Shown here: positions 45,590-53,941 of the stretch, in pieces
Layout of the letters: each line of letters begins with the position of its first letter
How positions within the stretch are numbered: position 1 is the stretch's first letter
The notes under the pieces: generated by a model
Databases searched by the model: none
The model's input: the letters and a program-made list of their open reading frames with translations, nothing else
What the model was told of the DNA's origin: nothing
Position numbers and translations under genes: made by a program
Virus record (IMG/VR): IMGVR_UViG_3300034161_000018
Coordinates: 96,001-160,000 of that record
DNA: 64,000 nt
Strand: one strand, 5' to 3'
Source of the DNA: a virus
Taxonomy: Duplodnaviria; Caudoviricetes

Positions 45590-47483
45590 CGTTCATCCGT
45601 CGCTTGAGGTAGGCTTGAATTTCCGCAAGGACTGCACCAGCGTCACCGCCGATCAGACTTTCCAAACGGTTCAGAATTGGGAACCAGTTTTCATCTGGTT
45701 GCTCTACCATAGTCTTTACAGAAAATGATTTGTCGATTTCTTCGAGGATTGCCGCAAGCGTTACGTTCGCCAAACGGTAGCGGGCCGGGGCATCGCCGCA
45801 TTTCACCAGTTTGCGATTCTTGCAAAGCGCATTCATCGTCACGCCGAGGCCGGAAGGCGTGCGACCAAATGCGTTGGCGATTTCATTGATCGAAATGACA
45901 ACATCCGGGCCGGTAAACATCGCGAGGATTTCGTCGAGTTCGATAGTGCGCGAACGGCGGGCCGCACGGTTGTTTGGATCAAGCAATTTCCAAACCTTGT
46001 ATTTCTTTTGCGTGAGCTTGTACCCTTCTGGCAATTCTTCATCCGGGCAGCGAATGATTTTGCGGCGCTGATTCAGAATGCCGCAAGTGATGTGAATGTC
46101 TTTCGCCGGAATGTCTGGCATGTCCATCGCCAGCATGATTACGTCTTTGTTGCCCGATTCCAAATGACGCAGAATCTCGGAGCGCAAATACGTTTGCTGT
46201 TCTTCCGGAGTCATAATGTCGTATTGGGTAATCGTTACGCTCGCTTTGATTTCAACTGGGGCCGGGAACGTTTCGGCTTTGACTTTCAGCGTTGGTTCAA
46301 CTGGGGCGGTTTCCACAACTTTCGCAACACCGTCACCGACATAAACTTGCGACATTGGTTTTACGCCGTCGTCCGTCAACACCAGCGCTTGGCCCGGTTT
46401 GATTTCGATTGCGGATTTGGAAACTGGCAGCACAACGCTTTGTTCGCGAGTTGCCAACATCGAACCGCGCTCAACATTCACTTGCGAATGCGAAGGCAGA
46501 ATTTGTTTTGGCATTGAACCAGAAACTTCACGCAGGTACGCGGCGTTGGTCATGTACACAACCAATTGGCCGGGAATGCGGTCGCGCTCGCTGATAAGTT
46601 TCCGACGCACCATTTTGGAAAGCTTGGTTGCCAGACCAGAACCTTTGCGCCCGAAAAACTCGGTGATTTTCGCCATAGTGGCCGGGCCGTGGTTGGTGAG
46701 ATATTCCAGAATCATATCGTCATTGACCATCGGTTTGCCGCCCGGTGTCAGCGGAACAGGAATCGTGGAGCCGTAAACAGTTGCGGGTTTCGTTTCCACG
46801 GTGGCGGTTTCCTGTTCTTCTTTCGGTTGTTCAACGCCAAGGGACACACGCGCTTTTTGCAAAGTTTCCAGCGCGATTGGATTCAGGTTTGCCATTTCTT
46901 CTTCTTCCGGTTCCGGTTCTTCGTCCGGAGTGTCCGCGTCTTCGTCGGTTTCCGGTTCATCCTCGGTGCCTTCAATATCGTCGTCCGATTCTTCGGCTTC
47001 GATTTCAGCATCGAGTTCAGCTTGTTCGCGTTCCCACTGTTCAAGCCACCGAAGTTCTTCGGCGATTTGTTCTGTTACCGATTTTTCTACAATGGGTTCA
47101 GGTTTTGCCATTTGGTAAACAGGTTCTTCGCGTGGCGTCTCAAGCGTTTCCGCGAGTTTGCGTTGCAGCTTTGCTTCGCTGGTCAGCACGCCAGTTGTTT
47201 CTGCCGCGTGTGTCTGGCCCGGTTCATTGCGGCGCACAACGCGATATGGATTTTCAGCCGGTTGCAGAACGCGCGCAGGCTTAACGGGTTCTGGATTTTT
47301 GTTCACCAGATACAAACCGCCGTTCGACGAATTCTCAATAATGTAACCGTGCTTCAACAAATAGAACTTGGCATTTGCACCGTCTGCCGGGGCCAGCCCA
47401 CAAGCCCGACAGAGTGCGAAAATTGGGCGCCCTTGTTTCTTACGGATTTCGTTCATCAAAACCGTATGATTGGCTGGCAACAT
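45582..47483 (-). CDS. Multi-winged-HTH protein with acidic linker, 633 aa
   Basis: Four wHTH-like segments, e.g. ILEYLTNHGPATMAKITEFFGRKGSGLATKLSKMVRRKLI and ISINEIANAFGRTPSGLGVTMNALCKNRKLVK; D/E-rich tract. Confidence 0.65.
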   Translation of the reverse strand: MLPANHTVLMNEIRKKQGRPIFALCRACGLAPADGANAKFYLLKHGYIIENSSNGGLYLVNKNPEPVKPARVLQPAENPYRVVRRNEPGQTHAAETTGVLTSEAKLQRKLAETLETPREEPVYQMAKPEPIVEKSVTEQIAEELRWLEQWEREQAELDAEIEAEESDDDIEGTEDEPETDEDADTPDEEPEPEEEEMANLNPIALETLQKARVSLGVEQPKEEQETATVETKPATVYGSTIPVPLTPGGKPMVNDDMILEYLTNHGPATMAKITEFFGRKGSGLATKLSKMVRRKLISERDRIPGQLVVYMTNAAYLREVSGSMPKQILPSHSQVNVERGSMLATREQSVVLPVSKSAIEIKPGQALVLTDDGVKPMSQVYVGDGVAKVVETAPVEPTLKVKAETFPAPVEIKASVTITQYDIMTPEEQQTYLRSEILRHLESGNKDVIMLAMDMPDIPAKDIHITCGILNQRRKIIRCPDEELPEGYKLTQKKYKVWKLLDPNNRAARRSRTIELDEILAMFTGPDVVISINEIANAFGRTPSGLGVTMNALCKNRKLVKCGDAPARYRLANVTLAAILEEIDKSFSVKTMVEQPDENWFPILNRLESLIGGDAGAVLAEIQAYLKRRMNDD

Positions 47484-47489
47484 TTTGCA

Positions 47490-48581
47490 TTATCCTTTTG
47501 CTTCGTTAATCAGGTTGCCCACTGCCGCGCTAAGCAAAACGTTTTCGTCGATTGATACGGAATTCATCCGCACTTCCGCTTCAACCAGTACCGACTGGAT
47601 AGCGATCAGGAACGACAAAGGAGTTTTGGTTTTCGGGAACTGGTCTTTGAAAAGGCGACCAGCATGGGGCGTGTAGTTTACGGTCTTGGTTTTAACGCCG
47701 ATCAGCCAATCAGTCAGCCACCGCGCTTTTGAAACCATACCGCGTGCATTCTTCGCTTGGCGAATTGCAGTGATTGCGCCGGTCAGGTCGGTTTCCAGAA
47801 TGGAGCCAACCATTTTACCAGCCGCTGTTTCCAAATCAACATCGCCGCTGGTGATGATTGCGGACAACGCTTTTTCGGAATCGAAATCTTTGCCGCTGGC
47901 GATTGCCAGTTGCAGGGATTCAACGTGGGAAATTGCTTCGCGCAAACTACCGGCAGAAACGTCGGTAATCAATTGCAGCGCAGCCTTGCCCTTCTTGCCA
48001 ATCAGCGGTTTGATTTCTTCCGCTTTGACGATTTCTTTCAGACGGGCCATCATTGGTTCCGGTTCGATACCGACCAGATTCAATTTCAGGCAACGACCTT
48101 TCAATGTCGTTTTCAGTTTCTCGCCGTCAGTGGTGCAGAAAATCCAAAGCGTTTTCTTCGCGCCTTGTTCAGCCGGGAGCAGCAACGCTTCCAAGCTGGC
48201 ACCAGTCAAGCGGTGCGTTTCGTCCACGATGATTACGCGTTTGCGAAACGACGGAGACACGCGTGAACTTGCAACGAGTTTTCGGATTGCGTCAATGCCG
48301 CCGTCCGTGCCCGCGTTGTGGACGATTACGTCCGGGTTCGATTCACCGAGCGAACACGAAACGCATTTTCCGCAAAGCGTTCCTTTCTCGCAGTTCAGTC
48401 GGTGGCCGATGATTTTTGCAATTGTGGTTTTGCCGCAACCGGTACTGCCAGATAGCAGAATCGACGTGGGGATTTTTTGCGTTTTAAACATCCCCTCGAC
48501 AATCGCTACCGCTGTGTCCTGTCCGTAAACTTCGTCCAGATTCTTTGGGCGGTAGCGAACTGCTAAAGTGTTTGCGTCCAT
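47490..48581 (-). CDS. dnaX: Clamp loader, DNA polymerase III gamma/tau-like
   Basis: LAVRYRPKNLDEVYGQD, GSTGCGKTT, CGKCVSC zinc module, IVDETHRL, FCTT, GSLREAI. Confidence 0.92.
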   Translation of the reverse strand: MDANTLAVRYRPKNLDEVYGQDTAVAIVEGMFKTQKIPTSILLSGSTGCGKTTIAKIIGHRLNCEKGTLCGKCVSCSLGESNPDVIVHNAGTDGGIDAIRKLVASSRVSPSFRKRVIIVDETHRLTGASLEALLLPAEQGAKKTLWIFCTTDGEKLKTTLKGRCLKLNLVGIEPEPMMARLKEIVKAEEIKPLIGKKGKAALQLITDVSAGSLREAISHVESLQLAIASGKDFDSEKALSAIITSGDVDLETAAGKMVGSILETDLTGAITAIRQAKNARGMVSKARWLTDWLIGVKTKTVNYTPHAGRLFKDQFPKTKTPLSFLIAIQSVLVEAEVRMNSVSIDENVLLSAAVGNLINEAKG

Positions 48582-49108
48582 TGTTTATCCCATTCGTAAA
48601 ATGCGGCGGCGAACTTAATGACGAAATCGCGCATGCGCTTCTTGGTCTTCCAAGTGAAAGACAAAGGCCCATACCCTATTGAACCATTTACAGTTCCCGA
48701 CCGATAATGCTCAAGCACCAATTTGAAGAATTCAAACAGGCCGCTCAAGTCATAATACTTGCCGTTGAATTTGCCAAACTTCATCGACACACAAAGATCG
48801 CCGTGGACGAAAATGTAATTGTCGGTGGGTTTGGAGATTGGACTTTCCAAACTGCGATGGTGAGCTTCCGGAACGTGAATGGCGTAGGTGTGTTGGCCGT
48901 ACTTCACCGGCACACGTTCCGGAAGGTCTAAGATTTCATCGACGTATTCGTTATTGCAACGAACAAAAATCCCAGACTTCGCATTCGTCTCCGGATGCGG
49001 CAGCCATGTCCATTTATTGAAAAATGGCGCAGCCAAGCGTGGGTCTTTCAAAGCTGCGAACAGCGGCACATCGTCTACGTGATCGGATTGCAAAAAGTCT
49101 AGGGTCAT
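48563..49108 (-). CDS. Hypothetical protein, 181 aa
   Basis: Operon-coupled ORF. Confidence 0.7.
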   Translation of the reverse strand: MTLDFLQSDHVDDVPLFAALKDPRLAAPFFNKWTWLPHPETNAKSGIFVRCNNEYVDEILDLPERVPVKYGQHTYAIHVPEAHHRSLESPISKPTDNYIFVHGDLCVSMKFGKFNGKYYDLSGLFEFFKLVLEHYRSGTVNGSIGYGPLSFTWKTKKRMRDFVIKFAAAFYEWDKQWTQTL

Positions 49109-49112
49109 TGTT

Positions 49113-50411
49113 TTAGTTGCCGCGAATATGTTTTAGAGTCTTCTGCAACAACTTGTCGATCTTGCCGGGGAGCTTGTGACCAGTCAGACTGTGCGACAAA
49201 GCTTCGGCGAAGAATTCTTCGACTTTGGTTGCAGCGTATGCAGTAATGGGTTGATCGGATTCGGAAAGGCTGGCGCTGGTCGGCCAGATTTCGCCGAGCA
49301 CTTGCGAATTGTGCGTGAGCAGCAAGTTTACATCTTGCGGACTCAGCTTGTGGTGACGTTTCAGGTACACCAGAATTTCGCGGAAGATCGCCTTGTCTTC
49401 GTCGTCCAAATCTTTGTTGAACTCACGGATGCCGACTTGCGATTCAACCAAACGTTTCAGCATGCTTTCAAGTTGCGATTTCTTCGCCTTGTTAACATGC
49501 GTGTGTTCGTTGTACGAAACCAACCAGCGCGCCCGGAATTCGTCGCTCATTTTCCGGAACCAGAGTGCGTGCGAAACTTCGTGCAGCACAATGTACAGAT
49601 TGTATTTCGGGTCTTCCATCACTTGTGGGTGGAAGGTGATTTTGTCTTGTACGTCGTCGCCTTTCCGTTTGATCGAATAGGTGCCAGCGTATTTGCCTTT
49701 CTTGTTACGGACTTCCAAACGCTTGACCGGCAACACGCCGTCGAGTTTGTTTTCCTTGAGGACTTCCAGCGCTTTCGCCAGTGCCCACTTGAACGCTTTC
49801 TTTTCCGCTTTGTTCATTTTGCGGTAATAGAAAAGCTTGCCGAACTCGCTTTCGGTTTCGGAGCGCTGCGGCTCAACGTGAACACCGAAGGCCGTGCCGA
49901 TTTCCGGATCAGTACCGAGGCACGCAATCAGCGTTTTTTCGTCGTACTCGAAAACTTCTGGTTCTTCGCTATTCAGCGTTTCTTCCAGATAGCAGGCGTT
50001 GCGTTCCGGGTTGTGCGCAAAGCCGAGTTTGTATCGGGCGCCGACGCGAACAATAATGTAATTGTCTTTGCCGACGACGATTGGCAGCGTCACCTTTTCT
50101 TTCGACTGCGGAACGTATTCGTCTTTCAGGCGACCGGAAACGTCGATAACGGTATCGCCACCGCTGGATTTCTTTTTCTTCTTTTTGCTTGGCGGCGGCT
50201 CGACTTCTTTCTTCTTCGACTTCTTGCCGACTGCTTTGGCGAGAGCTTTCTGCAAACCCGGATCGTCTTCTGGTTCCGGCTTCGGTTTCTTTTTCTTCTT
50301 CGGCTTGTCGTCAGCCTTCACCACGTCTTTCGACTTTTTGGTTTTCTTCGGCTTGTCGTCATCCCACGGCAAATCAACGTCTTCCGTCTTTTTCGACTTC
50401 TTAGTTTTCAT
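49113..50411 (-). CDS. Zincin metallopeptidase-like protein with Lys-rich N-terminus (start MKTKKS at 50411)
   Basis: VLHEVSHALW (HExxH) and downstream AYAATKVEEFFAEAL. Confidence 0.75.
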   Translation of the reverse strand: MKTKKSKKTEDVDLPWDDDKPKKTKKSKDVVKADDKPKKKKKPKPEPEDDPGLQKALAKAVGKKSKKKEVEPPPSKKKKKKSSGGDTVIDVSGRLKDEYVPQSKEKVTLPIVVGKDNYIIVRVGARYKLGFAHNPERNACYLEETLNSEEPEVFEYDEKTLIACLGTDPEIGTAFGVHVEPQRSETESEFGKLFYYRKMNKAEKKAFKWALAKALEVLKENKLDGVLPVKRLEVRNKKGKYAGTYSIKRKGDDVQDKITFHPQVMEDPKYNLYIVLHEVSHALWFRKMSDEFRARWLVSYNEHTHVNKAKKSQLESMLKRLVESQVGIREFNKDLDDEDKAIFREILVYLKRHHKLSPQDVNLLLTHNSQVLGEIWPTSASLSESDQPITAYAATKVEEFFAEALSHSLTGHKLPGKIDKLLQKTLKHIRGN

Positions 50412-50655
50412 TTCTGTTTTCCGCATCAACAGCATAACGCTGAACAAAGTATTGGATTGCCAATTCCTTTTCGCCGTGTGGTGCCAACGGCCCGTGCTCT
50501 TTGCAGTACGGGCAGCGAACCGCCGAACTTACTTGGCCGGGGTTCATGTTGGGAACCGGAAACACGTCGAAAAGATTTGGATGGAAAGTCTTGTGACAGT
50601 GAATGCACAGACACTTGATTCGGGCAGGCCCATTCGGGACTTGAGGCAACGGCAT
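50401..50655 (-). CDS. Zinc-ribbon protein, 84 aa
   Basis: CIHC...CPYC. Confidence 0.7.
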   Translation of the reverse strand: MPLPQVPNGPARIKCLCIHCHKTFHPNLFDVFPVPNMNPGQVSSAVRCPYCKEHGPLAPHGEKELAIQYFVQRYAVDAENRNEN

Positions 50656-50667
50656 TACAAAATCCTG

Positions 50668-51075
50668 TTACGCGCTGGTGCGGTGCGTTTGGTCAATGAA
50701 GCTAACGCTGGTCAAATCCAATTCGCGATGCACAACCATAATCGGTTTGCAGCCGTCATGGAAACGGAACTTGCGATCATTCGCCGGTTTCATTTTTTCG
50801 TACCACTCGGAAAGTGGCTTCGACCATTTGTTGCCGTTCTCGCCAACGTATTCAACCATCGGCGGATGTTTTGGATTTGTCGATTCCAGATTGTTGTAAC
50901 CGACGACCAGATACAGGTTGCCCTTGTAGTGTTCGTAAACAGTTGCAACCACTGGCAACGGAATCGGTGTCGCTTTGAAATCTGCCGATTCGTGAAATGC
51001 GGAACCAACGTGCGTTTCGATTGCGTCACGATTGAAGTTTTCCAAAATCGCGGCACTCAGTTTTGCGTCAATCAT
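50668..51075 (-). CDS. DUF1653-like protein
   Basis: VYEHYKGNLYLVVG...MVEY...W.KPLSEW..KM. Confidence 0.75.
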   Translation of the reverse strand: MIDAKLSAAILENFNRDAIETHVGSAFHESADFKATPIPLPVVATVYEHYKGNLYLVVGYNNLESTNPKHPPMVEYVGENGNKWSKPLSEWYEKMKPANDRKFRFHDGCKPIMVVHRELDLTSVSFIDQTHRTSA

Positions 51076-51334
51076 CTTCGACCACCACTTCCTTTATATT
51101 GTGTTGGAGTTGGACAAGACGACGCAGCTTCGCAATTTCCGCTGCCATTGTCCGGATTGTCAGAACGGCATTACCCGATCCCGCCACTGGCAGAATCTTT
51201 TTGATTTCGTCGAGTTCTTCAAACATCGGTTGCATGTGTTCGATGTAATCAATCGAACTGCGGATACGTGCGACGGAACTGGCGCTGCCACTGATTTGAA
51301 CCAGCGACGTTCCCACTTGGAATTGTACTTGCAT
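51068..51334 (-). CDS. Hypothetical protein, 88 aa
   Basis: Preceded by the AAACTGTAAA motif and AAGGA. Confidence 0.7.
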   Translation of the reverse strand: MQVQFQVGTSLVQISGSASSVARIRSSIDYIEHMQPMFEELDEIKKILPVAGSGNAVLTIRTMAAEIAKLRRLVQLQHNIKEVVVEDD

Positions 51335-51365
51335 TGGCAGATGCTCGTTAGTTGTTTCCTTTGTT

Positions 51366-52469
51366 TTACAGTTTATTCTTCAACGCGGCCAACGTATTGT
51401 TTGCGATGGCATCGTAAATCGTCACGCGTTCATGGCCGCGCTTTCCGCAAACAACATCGGTTCCGTCGATCTTGGAATGTTGCGCGTGACCGCAATGCGG
51501 ACAGAAAGCCATGTTGGTAAACAGATTCACCGGGTTGACCATTCGTTTGTGTTCGACCGCACCCAGCAACATCAGACGCTGAACTTCGTTCATCAAAATG
51601 TCGAGGTTCAAATAATTCCAACTGACTTGCATTCCGGGCGTGACCGGCAAACAGTAACCGAGAGTCGAATAGCTTTCGACAATCTCTTTCGCAAACTCCG
51701 GCGCAAACTTGTAGGCGCGTGTTTCCATTTCGTAAGAACGCGCATCGCGATCCCGCGCAGCCTGACGGAAATCGTGATCCATTGGTTCGGTTGCGTCTCG
51801 CATCCGTTTGACTGCGCTGCCCGCCGATTTCGATTTCAGTTCAACAAAATACGCATAGTCTTCTAGGCCGCGTGGCTTCAACGCTTTCTGTTCCGTCGAA
51901 CAAAACATGATTGGCGTTTCGCGAACTGGCGTCATCACCATAATCGCCGCACCACTAACGGACGGGCGAATGTCGGATTCCACAATTGCTTTCGCGTGCC
52001 AGTTTCGGTAAACGTGATTGCTCCGCACAAACTCCACAAACAATGCGTTTTTGGTTTTGCCGTCTTTCGACAACTCGCCAAGGTGCGGCAGTTCCATGCG
52101 TTGGTTGTCGCTGCGAATAATCGACAGTGCAAACGATCCGGAAGTGCGCTCGCGTTCCAAATAAACCGCCGCTGTGTAGCAGTCCAAGTGATTGCGAATC
52201 GGGGCGAAAATGCTTTTCACTTTCAGCGATGCGCCTTTCACCAGTTCCGGATATTTGGAAAGGGAATCAACGCCCATTGCTTCGTCTTCGTGGCTGAGCG
52301 CACGAATGATTGTTGGATAATCGACTTCCTTACCGGCGAGAATCAGGTAACGCACTTGTGCAAACATTCGCTGAAAGATTTGCTGATACGCTGCACAAAC
52401 TTTTTCAAAACGAGCGGACTGCTCGGTAGTCGGGAAAATGGAAATTGCATTGTACGTGTGAACTTTCAT
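51366..52469 (-). CDS. TnpB-fold protein with degenerate RuvC active site, 367 aa
   Basis: N-terminal IFPTTEQ (HTH_OrfB-like), LPHLG, WHAKAIVE, SWN, C-terminal FCPHCGH...VVCGKRGH...YDAIANN. Acidic residues are missing at the expected RuvC I/II/III positions. SD GAGGTG. Confidence 0.75.
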   Translation of the reverse strand: MKVHTYNAISIFPTTEQSARFEKVCAAYQQIFQRMFAQVRYLILAGKEVDYPTIIRALSHEDEAMGVDSLSKYPELVKGASLKVKSIFAPIRNHLDCYTAAVYLERERTSGSFALSIIRSDNQRMELPHLGELSKDGKTKNALFVEFVRSNHVYRNWHAKAIVESDIRPSVSGAAIMVMTPVRETPIMFCSTEQKALKPRGLEDYAYFVELKSKSAGSAVKRMRDATEPMDHDFRQAARDRDARSYEMETRAYKFAPEFAKEIVESYSTLGYCLPVTPGMQVSWNYLNLDILMNEVQRLMLLGAVEHKRMVNPVNLFTNMAFCPHCGHAQHSKIDGTDVVCGKRGHERVTIYDAIANNTLAALKNKL

Positions 52470-52489
52470 GTTGTTTCACCTCATAATAT

Positions 52490-52990
52490 GGCTCGGCGGC
52501 GCGGGCGTGCGCTTGCCGGTCGGCGGGTGGCTCGCGGTGTAATAGCTTGCCAGTCCTCGCTCCGCTTCGGACTGTGGTTAGACTTTGAGCGTTAGCGAAA
52601 GGTCTAAGCATTGTAAGCGATTAGAAACAGTTAAGACGTTAAAGGGCCATTGCTTCTAATGTCTGGCCTGTTTTCCAAAAAGGAAAATTCAGGCAGAGGT
52701 ATCCCTTTGTTTTCAACGGTTCATGCACAACCAGCTTCCGCTGTCTGCGTTTTGAACCAGAGCGGGGCCACGTTTCTTTGCTTTCTTGGGTTTTGCTAGC
52801 TGCGCTAGCCAATAACCGTCGAGTGGCTACGCCACGTCTCCGGTTACGTTTTCCTTCGGAAAAGCAATTGTGCTTGCACGCTTCAATCAATCACAAACAC
52901 CAAATGGAATTCAACTGGACAACGCATTGCATGCAGCCTTTCTCGCTTCGCTCAATCATCGCCCCACCAACCTCCGGTACGCACCCCCAG
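52490..52990. ncRNA. Candidate structured non-coding RNA region
   Basis: Consecutive stem-loops at 52551-52574, 52578-52607, 52788-52818, 52815-52844, 52849-52863 and 52862-52875, with no credible ORF. Confidence 0.45.
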
Positions 52991-53146
52991 TTTACACTTT
53001 TAAAAAAGGGGTCGTTTTCCGGAACGTTTACGGAATCATTCCCGAATCAATATTTACGACTTTGCGTATTAACGTGTGTGGGAGCCTGCCAGAGCTATGT
53101 AGGTGCTGACTTTTTGATTAAGCTATTTTTATTCGGGAAAGAAACG

Positions 53147-53185
53147 AAAAAAGCCCGAATCCGCGTGAACGGAAACGAGCTTTTT
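53147..53185. terminator. Terminator after 53192-53758 (T tracts on both strands)
   Basis: Minus strand AAGCTCG..TCCG-TTCACG-CGGA..CGGGCTT-TTTT; the plus strand also ends in TTTTTGTTTT. Confidence 0.75.
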
Positions 53186-53191
53186 GTTTTC

Positions 53192-53758
53192 TTACTGCAC
53201 TTGCGATGCCAACATCTGCGCGTACAACTGCGCAAGTTGCGGGTACTGGTCGATTGCAATTTCTGCATTCGGTTGTGGAACGGTGCAGCATTCGTCGGTT
53301 TCCATCGGCGGCAACGGACACGGATCAACAGCTTCCGCTTCTTGCGTTGCCAATCGCGAGAGAACCCATTTGAAAACCTGCACCAGCTTTTCCGCATCCT
53401 CGTAATTGAGGCCGAATGCAAAATCGCGTGCCGGATTATCCGACGCAATCGACTGGTGCTTCTGCGCTTCCAGCTTGCCGACGATTTCCTTTTTCACCGA
53501 ATCCCAAAGGCTGGCGAATTTGTTGGCGTCACGGCTGGTAATTGCGATTGCCAGTTTCTCACCGGTTTCGCGAGAAAGGAATGGCATAATCATTCGCAAC
53601 ATAGCGCTGCGTTTTTCAGCGGGAGTTTTGGCAGCCGCAACCTTCGGCTTTTTGTGTTTGCCTTTCTTTCCCTTCGGCGGTTTTGGTGCGTGATGCTTTG
53701 GTGGTTTGTGACCGCGTGCAATCGCCACCATGTTGTTAGCGATCAGCAATTCTCTCAT
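53192..53758 (-). CDS. Hypothetical protein with basic His/Lys/Pro N-terminal tract, 188 aa
   Basis: SD GAGGA and its own terminator. Confidence 0.75.
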   Translation of the reverse strand: MRELLIANNMVAIARGHKPPKHHAPKPPKGKKGKHKKPKVAAAKTPAEKRSAMLRMIMPFLSRETGEKLAIAITSRDANKFASLWDSVKKEIVGKLEAQKHQSIASDNPARDFAFGLNYEDAEKLVQVFKWVLSRLATQEAEAVDPCPLPPMETDECCTVPQPNAEIAIDQYPQLAQLYAQMLASQVQ

Positions 53759-53767
53759 TGGTGTTCC

Positions 53768-53941
53768 TCAGTCGTAAACTTCGATAAGTGGTGTTCCGCG
53801 ACAACCCATGTTCGGTCGGCTGCCGCGTGAATCCGTATCCCATTGATACCAATCGGAGTAAGGTTCTTCGTGCATCCATTTTTCCCAGCGCCCGCCGACT
53901 AAACGCCGATACCACTTAAACTGCCGGAGCATCGGAATCAT
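53768..53941 (-). CDS. Small Trp-rich hypothetical protein
   Basis: Fills the operon gap; probable start MIPMLR. Confidence 0.5.
   Translation of the reverse strand: MIPMLRQFKWYRRLVGGRWEKWMHEEPYSDWYQWDTDSRGSRPNMGCRGTPLIEVYD

Noticed and set aside
45760-45960. Z-alpha (Z-DNA-binding) domain in the last wHTH
   Set aside because: The spacing resembles Z-alpha, but the key Asn, Tyr and Trp contacts are replaced; it is treated as a generic wHTH.
51366-52469. Active IS200/IS605 or IS607 element
   Set aside because: No tnpA or resolvase gene, no clear subterminal hairpin ends, and the RuvC residues are missing.
52639-52890. 83-aa minus-strand ORF in the large intergenic region
   Set aside because: No SD, atypical codon usage, and it overlaps the hairpin cluster; non-coding is more likely.
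52470-53191. Possible mini CRISPR array next to the TnpB-like gene
   Set aside because: Only short scattered repeats (GAAGCG, GGCAAGC) were found, with no regularly spaced 25-40 bp repeats.
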